Assembly (NCBI GenBank): GCA_951406725.2
Contig: OX597825.1
Coordinates: 82,832,001 to 82,896,000 of the forward strand
Length of the DNA stretch: 64,000 bases
Direction of reading: 5' to 3'
From: Octopus vulgaris
Taxonomy: Eukaryota
Of the stretch, positions 40,340 through 53,376 are shown piece after piece. The position numbers and the translations under genes were made by a program. Within the stretch, counting starts at the first letter, position 1. Each line of letters starts with the position of its first letter. The notes beneath the pieces are model-generated. The model made no database searches, had not been told where the DNA came from, and worked only from the letters and a program-made list of their open reading frames with translations.

Positions 40340-40700
40340 GAACTGATTGACGACATGGTAGGTTTTGATTATTGGCATCGGCTCGAGAACCTCAACCTTT
40401 ATTCCTTTCAACGCTGCCGTAAGCGCTATATCATTTGCATGATGGGGAAAATATTCCAACAGAATTTCGCAAATGATGATGGCATCAAGTTTAAAATTCA
40501 TCTAAGGATTAGAAAAATTATACTTGCGTCACTTCACAGCACTAAGACGGAACTATTTCATCTCAGCCGGCCCGAATCCCTTTAATATCATGCCAAGACA
40601 GAAGAAGGTAGAAAAAGATCATCTCATAGAATTCAGATGCGTACTGGATGAATACCTCCAAGAAATTCCAGATAAATTACCTAACTGGATATATCAGTGC
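40340..40700 (+). mobile_element. CR1/L2-group LINE ORF2 C-terminal fragment
   Basis: DYWHRLENLNLYSFQRCRKRYII..KI and, after a frameshift, RRNYFISAGPNPFNIMP...FRCVLDEYLQEIPDK. Compare YxERLxxLxLxSLERRR and GPxLFNxLP...FKxxLDxxL..PD. Confidence 0.8.
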
Positions 40701-41129
40701 AAACAATACATTTTTCGCCGAATGGGTTATGGTGCCAGAGTATTACTGTTATATGAAGCATCATTAAATGTCTTTTCCAACTGGTGCCATTCAGTTAGTT
40801 GTGGTTCGGCCCATTGCGGCCGAAACATGTCAATGTATCTAAGTGTCTAATTATGCAAGCAGGGAAGGATTGAATTCCTTTTTCCTGGGGATGATTAAAG
40901 ATAACATGTTTCGTAGTAAGGGTATTATGTGGGTGTCAACTCCAAGTCACTGTCGATAAACTAGTTGCTTTTCATACAGAAGCCTAAATAAAGTAGTTTT
41001 TGCCAACTCTAGGAATATATGTTCCCAGTGCAATCGTTTAAATATAATTTGCATTTGAAGTAGCCAAGAAGAAAAGGAAAAATACTTTGTAGGACATTGA
41101 AGATGTCTTGGGAATATAAAGTAACTACA

Positions 41130-41600
41130 GGGTAAATTATGTCGAGGTAAATACAGGTGACATTAATATCATGAGGTCTGCAGAAGATATTAGCGTTTTA
41201 GCAACAAGCGAAAACTAGAAAACACTACAGTAATGGCCACTGAAGGATATATTAATATCAGGCCAAATATAGGAGATAGGAACCGCGTGGCAACGATAAC
41301 AAACAAGGATATGTTAGCGGATATAAGAGACACTAACCGGATTTATATAACTAAAGTAATATTATCCAAGTATATGATACATGTGAGTGGTTCCAAGCAG
41401 AAGCTACAATCAGGTGGTGTTGAAATTAATATAGCGTCTTCTATGAGAGATAGCAATATTGTGATGACTAAAGGATACATTAATATAACAGTATACAGCG
41501 GAGATAATACTTTCATGGCAATATAGATAACATTATGAGCATGGGACAATAGAAAGCAGAAAAACCATTGCCATGACGACACATGATATTGCGGTAATAA
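41130..41600 (+). repeat. Highly degenerate 27-bp minisatellite
   Basis: Units such as acaggtgacattaatatcatgaggtct / gaaggatatattaatatcaggccaaat / ataggagataggaaccgcgtggcaacg / aaaggatacattaatataacagtatac. Confidence 0.55.
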
Positions 41601-41999
41601 TTAAAATATGATTCAGTCGGTCCTCAGTCGTAATCCGGTGTTCCTTGGTTAAGTGTACGATACTTTTGCTAATTTGTTAGGTGCTAATATTGTCAAGACA
41701 TAATGTGTACAAAGTATTAGCTCCACCTCACCCATGATCCAGTAGAAGTCCTAGGATATAACAGTTGTAGATTGAGAGCGTTACACCAATACACAAATGG
41801 TACTCATTACAGCTGAGTTGAGTGAGCAATATGATGTGAAGTTTCAATAATTGAACTTTTGATTCTGAACCCGAAATTCAAATCACCTGGCCACGTTTCT
41901 TGAGATCATAATGATTACGACACCCAATAATTTCACTACAACAGAGACCACTCTAGAACATATTAATATAGTGGAAATATATATATAAAATTTGGATGA

Positions 42000-42260
42000 T
42001 TTTACCTCAACTTTGAAGGTCTTCCACATATTATACACACCCCAGCGCTTTCTCCAATCTTCTTATTTCCCCCTGTAACATCACATTCCCTTAAACATGT
42101 CCTCTTTTTAAAATCAATGACACTTTCTCATGTTTGTAAATATTTTTCCCACCACATTTTCTCATTCGTTTACTTTTCTGATAAAGGATTAACGTCAGAA
42201 ACGTCATGTCATTTTTCACTACTTTTAAATCATTGACCAGATGCATGATATGCAAAAGCT
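42000..42260 (+). mobile_element. Penelope-like terminal fragment with hammerhead-like core
   Basis: CTGATAA-aggattaacgtca-GAAA-cgtc at 42178-42205, after a pyrimidine-rich stretch. Confidence 0.45.
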
Positions 42261-42327
42261 TGTTCTTCCCGTATTTTCAACTTTATGCACTCATTGCATG
42301 GCAAATTGCAGCCTTGCATCATTGCAA

Positions 42328-42450
42328 TATATAGAATGAGACCAAATCAGTTATATAGAAGTATATAGAATCAGACTACAGGATTTATATAGAATTAAAC
42401 TAAAATATTTATATAGAAATATATACAATGAGATTAAAAGATTTTATGAC
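42328..42450. repeat. Degenerate minisatellite (tatagaa-containing units, 22-33 bp)
   Basis: atatagaatgagacc.. / atatagaatcagact.. / atatagaattaaact.. / atatacaatgagatt.. Confidence 0.6.
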
Positions 42451-44929
42451 TGTTCTTAATTGCGTTGAGGCATGGGAAAATATATTTCGGACGTTCTGAT
42501 CATTTGGCAGAGGAACGGCAGGCATAATTACAAAAACGGTTGACAGAAAAATGTGCTAGGAACAAGGTTTGGTGGTTTAACGTGTGACAGCAGTGCGTTT
42601 TATTTCGATATTATTATAAAATGTAGTGTAACATACTTCCATAGCAACGAAAATAAGTAGATTAATAAATATTGAAGAATTTGCTACGGGGATGATGAAA
42701 AATAATATGTCTACCATCTACCTTCATATTGAAATAAAATAAATATTTGTCTTTCTTAAAAAGAAAACCATGAACTCATTCAATGTATCTGCTTGCAGCT
42801 TTCTTGTAATCCTGCAGCTGTGTCATTTATATCCGGTTAAACCTTTTGTCTGCAGAAAAGAACAGTTAATTTTGTCTAGTTTATTCATGTTGAATTGCAA
42901 TTTACATTGTTAGTTTGTCTTTTCTTTTATTGTTTAACATAAAAAACAACAACAACAACAATAAAACTATCATACCCATGTTTGTTTGGATGCTGAATAA
43001 ACATTCGAAAAAGACCCAACAAAAGAACGAATAGATTTGAAGTGATTTCTTCTTAAGTGGAATGGAAACGGTGTTGTCAGAGATTTGAAAGAATGCTTGT
43101 GTTGATGTGGCTTTCTCGGATATAAAATATTTTGTACGGAATATGTATATAATATCCAATGTAAATCCTTACAAATATATGCATGCATATACATACATCC
43201 ATATAGATACAATATATATGTGTGTGTGTATGAATGTATATATGTATCTATATATGTATATACATGTATATATACACATACATATATATGTATATATGTA
43301 TATATATGTATATGTATATGTATATAATGATATATATACATACATATATATATATATATATACTACATACATACACACACATACATATATATACACTACA
43401 TACATATACATGTACATTATTAGTTTTAAATAAATGTATATATATATACCTCTGTGTCACCCTGTATCTATATTATATATTCATCAACACCCCATGTTCT
43501 ATATTTTCCTTATATATATATATACTCTACATACATACTTACACACACAAACATACACACATATATATATATGTAATCTTAAACAAATAGTGGAACAGTT
43601 AACATTTATGTTGTAATGCCTTTCGTTTGGAGTATTTGAATTTAGTGATTGAGCTACGTCGTAGCGTGGTGTAGGCGTAACAGTTAAATGTTTATATATG
43701 CCATATATAGGATGTGGTCAATGTTGGGAACAGCTTTGATCCCATATCTGTTCAATCAGGATTGACCTCCGTTTAATGTATATGATAAGACACATTCAAC
43801 GTGTGAAGATGATTGTTCATTATTAGCGATACATACCGAGTATAGCTTCATATCTTTAATTATATTTTGGTATTAATTCCCATGTTGAAAAGTAAAATTA
43901 GAATGACAAATGCAGCGTGTTCTTAGTCAGGTTTTGATGTTTTCTCATCAGAAATAGAAGCTTACTCGTAGGTTAGACTAAACACCTTTTTCTTTGAAAT
44001 TATAGAAATATTTCTGTGCTTCTTATTTCTATGTCAGCTATGTTTGAAGAGAATGAAGATTTCTTGCAGTCCTTGACTATGGTATCTTTTATTTATTCGT
44101 TGAGGTAAAGAACCCGGTAGCTATAAATACACCTTAATACAATTCGTACAACTGCTGCATCAAAACTAAACTATTCTACGACAATCAGCTTCTTCTATGT
44201 TTTATTAAATTGCTTGTGATAGATTCTTGAGGAGTGGATAATAGATGGTGAATATGAGTAAGAGAGAGAGAGAGAAAGAGAGATTGAAAGAGAAAGATAA
44301 ACAGGCAGACAGACAGTCAGACAAACAGAGGGAAATTGAGAAAATGTGTTTCGCAATACAAACGACGAAGCTGGAGTAAATAAATGAGAATTGTTAATCA
44401 AGACTGAAGGTAAAAGAGAAGCAAGATTATTTTGATAGGCAAAATTATTTTGCAACAAACCAGAATGAGGAAACGGGAGTGAGGAGAAAGCAGAACTGAA
44501 GAGAATAAACAAAATTTCCTGGAAATTACACAAAGGATTCGAAGGAACTGACAGGATGTCATTACTGAGTGGGAAAATGTTTATGGCTGTCACTGTACCA
44601 CAAAACTGGCTGTCGAATTTCCATGGGTACTTCTAGTGAAATAATGAACATTTATACCGTACTGATCATTCGAGACTTTAATATTTCTGAACTATATTCT
44701 TTCTCATGGATGAACAGCTTTGTAGCTAGAAATTGGAACAATAATTCAAATAACTCCAGAATATGTATTTGTTTAAAAGCCTCGTTGCATTATTTTAAGC
44801 TATTGAATTCCAGACGAGGCAAGGCTGACAGAACTGACACCACTTAGGATTGGAATACTATTTTAAATATGTCATCGCCGAAAACAGATCTGCAAATGCA
44901 TGCATCTATTATATACGTATATACATATG

Positions 44930-45245
44930 TAGGTATAAACACAGTCATAAAGTGAAACGGAAGAGTGACAACCTGGCCACTGGTGGTGGTGTTACACAGA
45001 CCATACTAATCATATCTGTCAGGCATGTGGAATAGAGTTTAATTCGCCAGGAGGACTTAAACGACATGCAAAGGTGAAGCCCAGTTACAACTACGGCTAT
45101 TACCAGTAAAGATTTTAGCTGTCAATTCTGTACAAGACATTGTAGATCTTTAGCTGGGCTAAAAAGTCACATTCGATCACAGCACCAATAACAGTTAAGC
45201 TTCGTGCAATGGCCAAACTTGATAACGAGGGGGCAGCCATCATAA
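44930..45245 (+). mobile_element. RTE-like LINE 3' end with tandem C2H2 zinc-finger remnants
   Basis: ICQACGIEFNSPGGLKRHAK and, after a frameshift, FSCQFCTRHCRSLAGLKSHIRSQH* followed by a short UTR. A terminal CxxC..GLxSH finger is typical of RTE-clade ORFs. Confidence 0.6.
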
Positions 45246-46593
45246 ACACATATACACACACATAAACGCAGATAACATCTTTGCAAATGGCTTTGAGGAA
45301 ATACGTAGGTGTATGTACAATACAATGTAGAACGCTTACAATCTCAGACTCTGATACCAAGTGAAGGCTGGCAATCATGCTCCGCACATCGTACTGAAAA
45401 ATACTGATTAAATTTTGCAGTGTATGAGGATTTCGAAATGTTCACTTTCTGATATACAACCATTTATTTCTTAAGTGGCGAAAGGACAAAAAGCTACAAA
45501 AATCAAATCGAAGAATGAATTAAGTAATCAGATGTATGTGTTCATTTTAACAGATTTCTGTTAAAAATTTAAATTTCCTTAAAATTACGTTTTTGTGAAA
45601 ACAAATAAAATGTGATATTAGAATAATTATAATGGAGTAAATAGGATTACGTTTACACAATTCGGAAGGAAAACAACCATTTGTGTTCATTAGTAAAACA
45701 GGTTTATATTGTTCTTTTGTTTTGAAACGGGAAGTTATGTTTGAGAAAACTGCATACCCTACATGTAAAATAATTAGTGAATGACTTGTTATTATTAACA
45801 TTGCGAAGTTTTACCGCCTCGTTTAATTCAGTTTACAATGCAATGAACAAATTTGGTCGCTGAAAATTGCACTCGTTGTTCCTTTGATGGCAAGCTGGTA
45901 CAAATTAAAATCCATATTAGCAAAGAACATATTTGATGGACATAAAAATAATTATCTGTCAGGATTTGGCCGTCTTGGTTGTAAATCAGATGAAGAATGT
46001 GAATAACTATTTGACTCAATTGTTATTATTAAGTGCTTAAAATAACAGTTAATGGGAGATTAAAAAATATAATGAAAAACTTAGCACTATTGCGTAAACA
46101 TTATTTTCTTAGCACGTGTTAAAATCGCATTATGGTCCAGGCGTTGGTTTCAGTATTTCACTTGATCAGAGCGACAAGGGATTGTCCGTGATACATGGAG
46201 AAGAAAGATTAAACACCTACGCATGTTGTTTTGTATTGCACAGTTCCAGTTCGTTCAGTTCCCCGTCGTTATTTATAAATTTGGTCGATATACGTCAGGG
46301 AAAAACACCCGAGTAAACATGATTAAATACACATTTAAATACGTACAAAACTTACATACATAAAGTACGTGTGTGTATCTGTGTGTGTGTGTGTGTGTAA
46401 GAGTTGATGTAAGTATGTGTGTTTATGGATACCGGAATAAAACATTACACTGAATGGCGTCACTTCACGCCACTCAACTCAATAAAATTAGTAACCGACT
46501 CAATTCAAAACCAGAGCCTGTATCTACGAATATATCAACCTAGAGCGGGTAGAGTAGAAGTGACCGGAATCCGATTACTAAAATTAATCAAAT

Positions 46594-46672
<79 letters not shown>

Positions 46673-46714
46673 AGAAAGAAGTAAGAAATAAAAAATAAAA
46701 TATAAAATAAAAAA

Positions 46715-46855
46715 TAAGAAGTGGAAATTTTACCGGTGAGTGTGTTACATTATAAGGCACCAAAAAAAAAATGACTCTCCTCAGACACAACAGAATATGC
46801 TTCAACACACGAACTCATATAAAGAATCTTGCAAACCAAATCTCAAAACGAAAAA
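46715..46855. repeat. Second copy of the 36960-37095 dispersed repeat, between (TA)n tracts
   Basis: Colinear match to 36960-37095. Confidence 0.7.
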
Positions 46856-47874
46856 TATATATATACATATAAACATACATACATATACATATACATACTT
46901 TCATACATTTCCTAGTGTGATGCATACTGTATTTTTCCAGACTTTACATAACTATGTGAAGAGAAAAGAACAGAAGACCAAACGAAATGAGAAAGTCTAC
47001 ATATTAACGCAGTACCAATGTATCCGCAAAGTACATGCAGAAAATATGTTTGGAGCGAAGGACTTAGTTCATGCTTTCTTCTCCAATCTTTACTTTTACT
47101 GAGACTGAAAGAAACGTAACGAATGTGCTCAGAATGCAACAAACTGCAAAAAAATGCCGGTAGGCATTTCACCTTGGAGGCTGATGGTTCGGCTGGATGG
47201 TTACTTTAACATAAAGTAATAACGTAAACCACAATTTTGTATCAAGCACAATATTCTAAGAGTGGAACTGGAATCAACCTAATACTATGGCCAAATGCCG
47301 TTAAACAATTGTTTTGTTGAACCCAAGGCCAATCTCAGTAAATAACTTTGACCATTCAAGCTATGAACAGGCAGTCTATTTTTCGGTATATTTAAGAAAG
47401 ATTTCTCTGTTATGTGCTTGGAAAGAGAATTTGTCATTTGCGGAAATGTTGCTGGTTTTTCAAGCCGTCCGAACGATTACGCTGAATTATTTTGTGATTC
47501 CTAAATTCCTGAGTTTAATCAATATGTTGGTAAAGGAATATAAAGAGCTAAACATGAAAGAACGGATTTTCATCAGAACTTACATGTGAGAGATTAGCTG
47601 TTGCATAATTCTAGAAAATAAATAATGAAAAGAAACTACACGTGATTTCAGCTTAGATACAGAACGTAAGTTTTTCTCTCAAAAAACCCCAAAATTTTAT
47701 GAAACGGTCAAAAACTGTCTTTCCATGGTATAACAGATATAGGAATCATGCTAAACATTTAGAATTGAAATTTCGGCAGTCTACAATTAACAGAAGCTAT
47801 TAATAATGTCAAAGAAATATTCTCGCGCGTAATTTTTGAGCACACACACACAAACACACACACACATATACACA

Positions 47875-47923
<49 letters not shown>

Positions 47924-48435
47924 TGAATGGGAGAGAATGGGAGAGATGAAAGAGAGGGTGAAAGGTAAAAGGTAGTAGGAAATGCACTTTCCGAAAATTG
48001 GTCAGTAACCAACGAAAGTAGCGATGTAGAGAATGCCATTGGCCCGGACCCTATTTGTCTGAGTTAAATCTGTAGAAGGCGTTTATCAGAGATTACAACA
48101 GTTCCTTCTGTCTCATGGATATTGTTAGCCATTGAAGCTGGCTGCCCGATTTTACGCTTGGCTGCTATCGTTTCTTAGTTTATTCTGGTGAATTTAGAGT
48201 ATCTCTGATTGTTTAGTACCATCGTGACGTCGGTCAATGTATTTGGGGAATTCAATTGTTTACTTGCTGACGTCAAAACTGTTGGTTGTCTCATTCATCC
48301 AGAGCAAACTGTAGGCCAATCCGCAGATGACGTCATTAGTTAATTTGGAAGTTCCGTTTGTTTTTGTTTGTTTATCAAATGATTTTATCGACGATTTCCG
48401 AACAACTTGTCACAGTTTCGAATTTAATGCATGGA

Positions 48436-49620
48436 CTACAATTTATTCATTTGCAGTTTAAGTTTTTGAATAAATAACTTTTCGTTTCTTGTCTGTAATC
48501 ACTTTGAAGCTTTGTTTAAACAAAAACAAAACCGTGAAGACCAAGTCAGTGTGGAAATGTCTTTGCACATGAATCTAAATAGAATCGGTTTTATATTAGA
48601 ATCTCATTATTGTTGTCTGTGAATAGAGAGTTTGTTTCCCAAAGGAATATTCGATCCTGGATGAAATCACCACTAGGGCCACTATAAGTAATACATGTTT
48701 CTTTATTGCTCACAAGGGGCTAAACACAGAGGGGACAAACAAGGACACACAAACGGATTAAGTCGATTATATCGACCCCAGTGCGTAACTGGTACATAAT
48801 TTATCGACCCCGAAAGGATGAAAGGCAAAGTCGACATCGGCGGAATTTGAACTCAGAACGTAACGGCAGACGAAATACGGCTACGCATTTCGCCCGGCGG
48901 GCTAACGTTTCTGGCAGCTCGCCGCCTTAAACCACTTATAAGTAATATACTATATCAAATCTCTTGACAAACAGGTGAAGGGATTTGAATTCATTAGATC
49001 TCTATCCTTGATGCGTGTTCCAGGGATTCAACCAAAACCATTTTGCACCGTTCGGGTTCTTCTTTGGCAGGTAATTTGGCACTGGGAAGTAATTTCTTTA
49101 GGGATTTTAGTTGCTTTTTATGTTTTTATCTGCTTTGAATGTTTCAAGTGTATTTTTCATCCTAGAATTTTCTTACAATAATCAAACATTCCGAGGGATA
49201 ATATTGTAAGTTTCTTTACTCCTTGGGCTGTGTGTTATGTATTCTAGAATGTTTGGTGAATGAGACTAGATGTTTGTTCTGCGTAATTCTTAAAGAACTG
49301 TTGTTTTCACCCGTCCAATTCCGTTAATAATACATTTTGTTATAATTCATTAAGTGCTATTTGCTTTCGTCTTTGGAATCTCTCATTCTGAATATCAAAA
49401 TCGGAAATGATAGTGCACATTCAAAATCCGACCATTTTGGATCTTGAAACTCAGATTACATGGAATATTTTGTTTTGTGGTGCTATCAACAGAAAGAAGT
49501 ATTGTTTTGAATCTGTCGGTGTGAAGTGAATGTCGTTGCGAAGTTTGTGTCATTTTGACAATTGATACATCCAGGAAGAGTTGTTGATTTTGACTGTATT
49601 CTGTTGTGAAGAGTATATTG
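48436..49620 (-). pseudogene. Penelope-like element ORF remnant (RT C-terminus/thumb, linker, GIY-YIG endonuclease), with 3' UTR probably extending to about 47950
   Basis: Minus-strand blocks in order: NILFTTEYSQNQQLFLDVSI, NDIHFTPTDSKQY, TKQNIPCNL, CTIISD, LKKLLPSAKLP, FTCLSRDLI*YIT, LSIHRQQ, LDSCAK, RNEKLFIQKLKLQMNKL*. These match PLE RT/GIY-YIG motifs. Many frameshifts and stops, and the remnant is not in the ORF track. Confidence 0.8.
48694..48931 (-). mobile_element. Young full-length SINE-A inserted into the Penelope GIY-YIG region
   Basis: Near-consensus copy, flanked by ccact(t)ataagtaata direct repeats at 48679-48693 and 48932-48947. Confidence 0.9.
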
Positions 49621-49689
49621 TTTTTTTATGTTATCCGCTAGGTTATATATATATATATATATTTTTTTTTTTCGTCAATCTTATTACAC

Positions 49690-50061
49690 TCAAAGAGCCA
49701 TGGAAAGGTCAATACTTGGTATCTCGTTGAGAGAGCACATAAATAGCAACATCATCAGAAAGAAGTCCGGCGTGAGAGATGTCATCGCAGAGTATACTCG
49801 CAGCAAGTATAGATGGGCTGGACACGTCGCCCGGCTCACCGATAATCGGTGGACGCATGCAGTTGTCGAGTGGTACCCACGTGAGCGGAAAAGACCACCC
49901 GGAAGACCTCCACGACGGTGGAGTGACGATTCCAAGAGGACGATTGGGATCACGTGGATGAGAAAGGCGCGATCCAGAGAGGAGTGGACAGCGTGCTGTG
50001 ACCAGCGGTGTCAAATGGACGCCTGACAGACTGGTCGGTCAAAGTGAAAGTGAAAGTGAAA

Positions 50062-50063
<2 letters not shown>
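49690..50063 (+). mobile_element. RTE-clade LINE, 5'-truncated 3' end with (AAAGTG)n tail
   Basis: QRAMERSILGISLREHI...KYRWAGHVARLTDNRW...EWYPRERKRPPGRPPRRWSDD...W* in an open frame, a short UTR, and three to four AAAGTG tail repeats. Confidence 0.92.
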
Positions 50064-50119
<56 letters not shown>

Positions 50120-53100
50120 TGGCAGAGACAGGCTGAGATTCAGACAGACGAGCGATAACTGGTTGAACAAAACCGAAAATCGGTGTGTCACCTACCAAAA
50201 TGTGCTTCCTATTTCGTTTATGTCAATCTTATAACACCCATAAAATAATTAACATAAAAATTCCTTGGTATATACCATCAACAAAACCGTCGACGGCAGT
50301 GCTCCAGCATGACCGCTCCCCAAATGCTGAAATACGGCAGGAGGATATAAGAAACAAAAATAGTAACACGCAGGGTATATTGTGTCTGTTTACCAAATTC
50401 TAAGTATGGTTCTCTTAATTAAGGAGCAGGTTTCATTTTTGTCTTCGAGTTGAAAATATAAAATATAATAGTTTCTTCGTTCGCTAATTAGCCTAATGAT
50501 TACAGATGCTATAGAAAAGCATCTCTAACCCCAATGCAATTATGTAATTTGTTAGAATTAATTGTATTAATGTTGTTTACTTCATTAATTAATTTATGAA
50601 CATTTCACTGATTATTTTTTTGTCTAATTAGTTTAATATCTCCATGAACTGTTTAAAAATAATTTACTAACGATATTACGTATTGAAATCGATTCGTTGT
50701 TTAATTAAATCAGGACAGGAACATCTTCGATTCAACAACCTATATTCATGTCAATTAGAAATCGATATTTATCATCTATATATTATCCATTTATAGCGCA
50801 TGCATAAAGAAAAGGATCTAGTATACGTTTGGTGTGGAAGTATAAGTCGGGTGTTGACTGGGTACTGGGTAGGAAAAAGGTTGGATCAATGCATAGAATT
50901 CAAAATATCGAGTTAGACGTTTGGTCAAAGATTTTGTAATGTTATGTCTAAAATTGGAGTCTGATATATGTAATGGTGGAATGACTCCCGTGAAGGTCTG
51001 ATGCTCAGAATATATTGATATTGTGTTAGGGATGCTTGCACATATAATTGATTGCTTTGGACCTGTGTCTGATTAAATACTCACAAATTGGAAGGATGGA
51101 TAGAGTGTTTCCGATATAAAATGTGGCATTTTGCCTTATCTGTTTACCTTCTGAGTTCAACTCTTGATCATGTCTACCTGAATTTTTCTTCGAGGCCGAT
51201 AAACATAAATAACGCTCGATTAAATGACAACAGCAAGTGGTTGACGAAGGTTTCACGCGGTCACTGAACCTAAAACACCAGCCAAATCTCACCCGTATTA
51301 TATCCTAGCATATTAAAGAAGAAGATATTGGTTAATACTGTAGTTTTAAATTTAGATAAGAAGGCCTCGTTAAGAGACTGGTCCTTCATGCTTAAAGCCT
51401 TTGGATCAATGGACCGCCCCTACCAGACACGACTTGGATTTGCATAATTGTTTCTAATTGAGGCACAAGGCCAGTAAAGGCCAGAGTGAAGACAATAAAG
51501 TCGATGTTGTTTACAGATTTTTACAGTACTTTATAGAGAATTCTTCTTAGGCCTCTTGGAAAGATGGAAGGCAAAAATGGACCTGGCGACATCTAGATAC
51601 AGACCATACAGAACCAGAATACGTCCTAGATATAGAAACGTTTAGATTTAACTTGACAAATATCACTGAAAATGCACAGCATTATGTAACCGCCCAAAAG
51701 ATAACTCAGCTCTGAAGAGATAATGAAAGAGAATTATAATTACTTTAAAGATGAGATGATAATAATTCGTATAGTTTATAAAAATAGTGAAAGTTTAATA
51801 ACTACCAACGTCAGCAGAATATATTTGTATATAAACAGAACTTACTTCTGAAAGTAACTGAAAATACAAAATAATTCAACACAACGAACAATTTTGTTGC
51901 TACGAATCCTAATTAAAACTGCCTGATTTATTTCAGTTAGAAAATTAAATATTACAACATCCTTAAATTGAGTTGAAAAATTGCAAGCCGTATGTACTGT
52001 TGCAGCAATCTTTCTTTTTTGTATGGCTGTCTCCTTCTAAAAGAGTAAAAATATTTGTTACAAATGCTTCTGGCCAGTTCATTAACAAGATTTACGTTCT
52101 TTAATGGCTTCCATAATTATTCTGTATTGCCAGACTAAATTCCAGAATAGATAAATAATTTTTCGGATTATGTTTGAATAAGACATTTAATATCATTCTG
52201 CAAAATAAAAAAGAACTTGAAAATAATTTAAGATTAAAAATGTTATATGATCTGACGTGCATTAAAGTAAATCTAAGATTTTTGATGACACAGCTTGTGA
52301 AATGAATCCTAAGTATACAAAAGCAACGTGTTTCAGTCAACAGTAATTTTATATATTTGCCGGAGGACGAAAAAAAAAAGGGGGGGGGGAGAACTTAAAG
52401 TTTTTATAAAGCAAAGTATATCCTTATATTTATCATAAATTTACGTATCAAAAACGTATTTAAACTTCTGAAGTTAAATATAAGCTAGGTTCGTCGCACT
52501 TTCGCCACCAAAATCCGTTGAATAAACAAAAAGCCTTACAAACAATACATACAATACATAACACTGAATTCTATCTAAATATTCATTATTTAATTAATTA
52601 TGCTTTGCGGTTGCAAATAAATCCGATTCAGTAGAAAAGCGGGGAGAAAGCCCCGCGATAGTTCTTCTGCCTTTCTATGCGCTGAGTCATAATCTCACCG
52701 AAGTTAAAATTGCCTTTCATTCGTTAACAAGAAGAGTTGGGGGTTAAAAGGTCCGATGGAATCATTAGCTTGTCACATCTGTGATACATCTGATCCGCCA
52801 TTGTGTAGCGAGTTAACCTTAACCTTCGTCATCATGAAAAGCATTTGTTAGCGATTCCTGAAGAGTGAAAGGTACAGTTAATCTCGGCGCAATTTGAACA
52901 TAACACAAACCCTCAGAACAGGCACCGCATGGGTTTCTTCTTTCGATACACCATGTGAACAAATCCCCACGTTAAAACACATTATACCATTATATGCATA
53001 TATTGTCTTTACATATACGCATGTGTACATATACATATATTTATATATGTGTGCATGTATACATACTCACAAATATATATTATAATATACGTAACTTATA

Positions 53101-53164
53101 AATATATGCATATATACATACATATATGTACATACATACATATATATGTATATATACTTGCATA

Positions 53165-53262
53165 TATGGGCACAGGACAAAATGAGAAACGAGACAGGCA
53201 ATATAAAGAATATTCCCTTCATCAGTTGTTCTCTGTTTTATCTATTCCGCGTTTAGAATGTA
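53165..53262 (-). repeat. Possible Penelope-like terminal fragment
   Basis: Minus strand ctaaacgcgg...caaCTGATGAagggaatattcttt, embedded in microsatellites. The core order is permuted or incomplete. Confidence 0.3.
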
Positions 53263-53263
53263 G

Positions 53264-53376
<113 letters not shown>

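Noticed and set aside
52639-52657. GC hairpin gcggggagaaagccccgc resembling a terminator
   Set aside because: Eukaryotic DNA, no U-tract, and it lies in a decayed SINE-A-like segment.
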